Assembly (NCBI GenBank): GCA_051747585.1
Contig: JBNJGH010000059.1
Span: 1 to 18,160 of the forward strand
Direction: 5' to 3'
DNA length: 18,160 bases
Origin: Candidatus Rifleibacteriota bacterium
Lineage (GTDB): Bacteria; Muiribacteriota; Ozemobacteria; Ozemobacterales; Ozemobacteraceae
Shown: one piece after another, positions 15,811 through 18,160 of the stretch
How positions within the stretch are numbered: the stretch's first letter is position 1
How the letters are laid out: the number at the start of each line of letters is the position of its first letter
Made by a program: the position numbers and the translations under genes
The notes under the pieces: generated by a model
What the model was told of the DNA's origin: nothing
What the model saw: the letters and a program-made list of their open reading frames with translations, nothing else
The model's database searches: none

Positions 15811-16124
15811 GGTTCTATCACCCCGTGTCCTTTCTGCATTTGCACCTGCATACCTTCTTTTAGCGGGGTAATACAGGTCATGGTATTAATTTCGCCATCA
15901 ACCTTCATAATGCAACTTGAACAACGTCCAATTGCGCAGAAAAAGCCTCGCGCTCGATTTTTATGTGGGCTTCGACGCAGCATTTTAACCCCTGCTGCAT
16001 GGAGTGCGGCAGCGATTGGCTCGCCTTCATAACCTTCGAATTCTTTTCCTTCAAAATAAAACTTAACTTTTTTTCTTTTGGGAAATTCTAGTACAGGGTG
16101 AGCCTCGATACGCAAAGAAGACAT
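15807..16124 (-). CDS. (2Fe-2S)-binding protein (Fer2_4; HcnA / sarcosine oxidase alpha N-terminal-like)
   Basis: GEPIAAALHAAG and RGFFCAIGRCSSCIMKVDG..TCIT. ATG 16124 preferred over GTG 16133 because the AAGGAG RBS overlaps the GTG. Confidence 0.92.
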   Translation of the reverse strand: MSSLRIEAHPVLEFPKRKKVKFYFEGKEFEGYEGEPIAAALHAAGVKMLRRSPHKNRARGFFCAIGRCSSCIMKVDGEINTMTCITPLKEGMQVQMQKGHGVIEP

Positions 16125-16344
16125 CTTAATCACTCCTTGAAACTGATTTCGTTTAATTCTATGACTTCAAGTATGTTAATTTCTGTAAAATTTTTATCTA
16201 TAATATTTGTATTCTAATGCGGATTTGCAATTTTGTCAGCTGGTTTAGAAAAAATCCAGCCCATCTCGAGCTCAAACTTCCGTTACAGCGTCACTTATCT
16301 TCTGGTACCCCTGTAATAATGTTTCTAAAACTTTCATTGCTCCA

Positions 16345-16505
16345 TACCTTGCACTTCTCTTTTTGCGCATCATACAAGGCCCCGCCCCAAAGGGTTCCCA
16401 AAAAGATCTATAAAAAGCATATTCGCTGATACCGGCACCGGAGCTGAAGAGGGCGACCCCGGCATCGGCGGAGGCTCTTCGAGCTATTCGAACAGCTCTT
16501 CATTC
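16345..16505 (-). other. GC-rich structured intergenic element (candidate cis-regulatory RNA or dispersed repeat)
   Basis: Several inverted repeats whose mismatches become G-U pairs on the minus strand (GAGCUGU-UCGA-AUAGCUC; CUCCG-N7-CGGGG inside GAAGAG/CUCUUC); no Rfam family recognised by eye. Confidence 0.3.
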
Positions 16506-16542
16506 AGTATCTAAGTTAAAGAATTTAAAATAGTTGTTAATC

Positions 16543-16551
16543 TGCTATAAT
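16543..16551 (+). promoter_or_regulatory. Extended -10 promoter element for the pilin-like lipoprotein gene
   Basis: Perfect TGnTATAAT (TGCTATAAT) 46 nt upstream of ATG 16598; AGAGGT RBS follows. Confidence 0.55.
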
Positions 16552-16597
16552 CTGACATGAGATGTTCAGTTTTTGATTTTACAGAAAGAGGTCTTTT

Positions 16598-16942
16598 ATG
16601 AAAAAAAAAAATTTTGTTGTAGCCATGGTTGTAATAGCTTCTCTGGTCTATTTAACCGGCTGTGATTCAGCCCAAGAAGAAAAAACAGCAGTAAAATGTC
16701 TTCAAAACCAGAGGATGCTTTTAGGAGCCGTAGAGATGTATAACATGGATAAGGAGAAAAAAATTACCAAGTTTGAAAAGTCTATGGCCGAGAAAGACGG
16801 AGTTCTGGTAAAGGGTTTCTATCTTAAAGATCCGATTGAGGCCCCGGGTGATAAATGCCGTTATACCAGTACCGGAAACCTGTCAGAGGGTGGCGTTATT
16901 TATTGCGAAGTTCATGACGATTTTTTGAAACTTAGAAAATAA
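16598..16942 (+). CDS. Pilin/pseudopilin-like (ComGC/GspG-like globular domain) lipoprotein
   Basis: KCLQNQRMLLGAVEMYNMD helix, LVKGFYLK and C-terminal CRY...IYCEVH resemble type IV pilin head domains; the N-terminus is a lipoprotein signal (YLTG-C), not G|FTLIE. Confidence 0.7.
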   Translation: MKKKNFVVAMVVIASLVYLTGCDSAQEEKTAVKCLQNQRMLLGAVEMYNMDKEKKITKFEKSMAEKDGVLVKGFYLKDPIEAPGDKCRYTSTGNLSEGGVIYCEVHDDFLKLRK

Positions 16943-17095
16943 TACCAACTTAAAGAATCTAATCTTTTTTAACCCAGACAAAGTCTGAAGGTAAGGCTAT
17001 GTGTGTGTCTGTTTCGCGGGCATTGTTTTTGCAAGAATTAAAGAGCTAATGAAAATGTGCAGCAAGACTGACAAGCTTGGAAGTCAGCTGATAAA

Positions 17096-18160
17096 GTGTT
17101 GATGCTTGGTTCCAGCCATATTAAACCAAAATATTTGCCAATAGAAGCAGGTGTTAAAACTCACCCGACTACAAGTCGGCCGTGGGACTATCCGGCAACT
17201 CCCGAAGGTTATCCGTTGATAATTGCTGATCAAGTTGATTTTGTTTCTTATCTTTCATCCACGATTACTGGTAATATTAAAATAAAAGCTAATTATGAGA
17301 CTCTTTCACCTGTTGAAGTTTCAATTAGATTAAAACAGCCAAAAATTTCAATTAAACTCAACAAACTTGATAGTGTTTCGGATAGTTTATTAGTTCCTGA
17401 ATGGAAAAACGTTGTAATAAATACTTGGTCCAAGGAAAGCCTTTTTTTTGTTGATTTTTTAAATTCTTCTCCAGACACTTTTTCCAATGAAATTTTGAGC
17501 GATCCAACACATCTTCCTAATAGCTATGAAAGCAATCTTATTTATCTCGGTAAATCTATGCCGGATTTGGAAGTAATTATTACCAATGACACCAAGCAAA
17601 ATGCTGTTTATGGTGGTAGAACTGTTTTTACTAGACAATTACAGACTCTTTTAAGCAAGAAACGTGGCGACCCAAAAGCAATTATAGTCACAATCACAAA
17701 AAGTTTAGTTAACACAGTTATTCCTATAACACCATTAACCCCAGGTTATCCGGTTGGTGGGTGGACTTCAAGTTCACGCCACACATACGAACGTAATATT
17801 TCACCGACTAAAATAGATGATTTGTCAGAAGGAGGCATTACTTTAGTCAATATTCCGTATTCTGATACCAATTTCTTATTGAGTGATCCTCCCATAATGG
17901 CTTATTTCCTAAGAATCGTTTTTTTTCTATCATGTTCGATCAAATAAAAAACATTCAAGTCTACTCTTCGAAAGACTACGCAGATTCTGATTTGTTTATG
18001 ATTTCTAATATGGTTGCATATTTTAGTTTTTTTCCAAAGGAAAATACTGGGTGTTCTGTAGAAGAAAATTTTTCCAATGGTCTTAAAATATTAAACAGCC
18101 TTTTGGATAACAACCTTATCCAAAATTCAGGCGTAAAAAACAGTTTGGCAGTAAAGTATA
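17096..18160 (+). pseudogene. AT-rich hypothetical gene, apparently frameshifted near 17887-17947 and running off the window end
   Basis: ORF 17096-17947 has no clear RBS. The -1 frame is open from 17887 to the window end (about 91 codons: HNGLFPKNRFFSIMFDQIKNIQVYSSKDY...KNSLAVKY) and overlaps the first ORF across a T8 run at 17919-17926. Confidence 0.5.

Noticed and set aside
12784..16124. Calling the cluster hcnABC or soxBDAG
   Set aside because: No SoxD/SoxG or folate-binding alpha domain; it has an extra ferredoxin and a separate BFD gene unlike hcnABC; substrate cannot be fixed from sequence.
16217..16429. 70-aa + strand ORF in the divergent intergenic region
   Set aside because: No RBS, no recognisable motif, and it overlaps the likely promoter/leader region.
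16140..16510. Glycine, c-di-AMP (ydaO), T-box, SAM or cobalamin riboswitch upstream of the dehydrogenase operon
   Set aside because: Core motifs not found (no GGAGA..CCGAAG..CTCTCAGG, no CCCGnCAGCTAAC, no GGTGGnACCGCG). The GGGAACCCTTTGGGG similarity to ydaO is isolated.
17884..17895. TGATCCTCCC as a possible IS3-family terminal inverted repeat
   Set aside because: No transposase or matching second end in the window, and the downstream sequence reads as continued non-transposase coding frame.

Overview
Bacterial chromosomal window with a diderm-type gene set; Candidatus Riflebacteria is a tentative lineage guess based only on a pilin-like motif. A YitT gene (+) converges on a ~15 kb run of 13 minus-strand genes. 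In transcription order the run contains: (i) a five-gene flavin/Fe-S amino-acid dehydrogenase cluster (dye-linked proline dehydrogenase / sarcosine oxidase / HcnABC superfamily); (ii) a tightly packed envelope cluster of a 4x Big_1-like lipoprotein, a 1x Big_1-like lipoprotein, a minimal secretin fused to a C-terminal galactose-binding-like jelly-roll domain, an uncharacterised 517-aa exported protein, a 1409-aa lipoprotein with 6 IPT/TIG domains and 12 NHL repeats, and a membrane protein; (iii) an exported helical-repeat protein and a LURP-one/scramblase-like protein. Divergently transcribed are a pilin-like protein with a lipoprotein signal instead of a prepilin signal and an AT-rich, apparently frameshifted ORF running off the window. 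The best candidate for an undescribed system is the secretin cluster, which has no ATPase, platform protein, pilins or prepilin peptidase inside it. No rRNA, tRNA, CRISPR array or transposase was seen.
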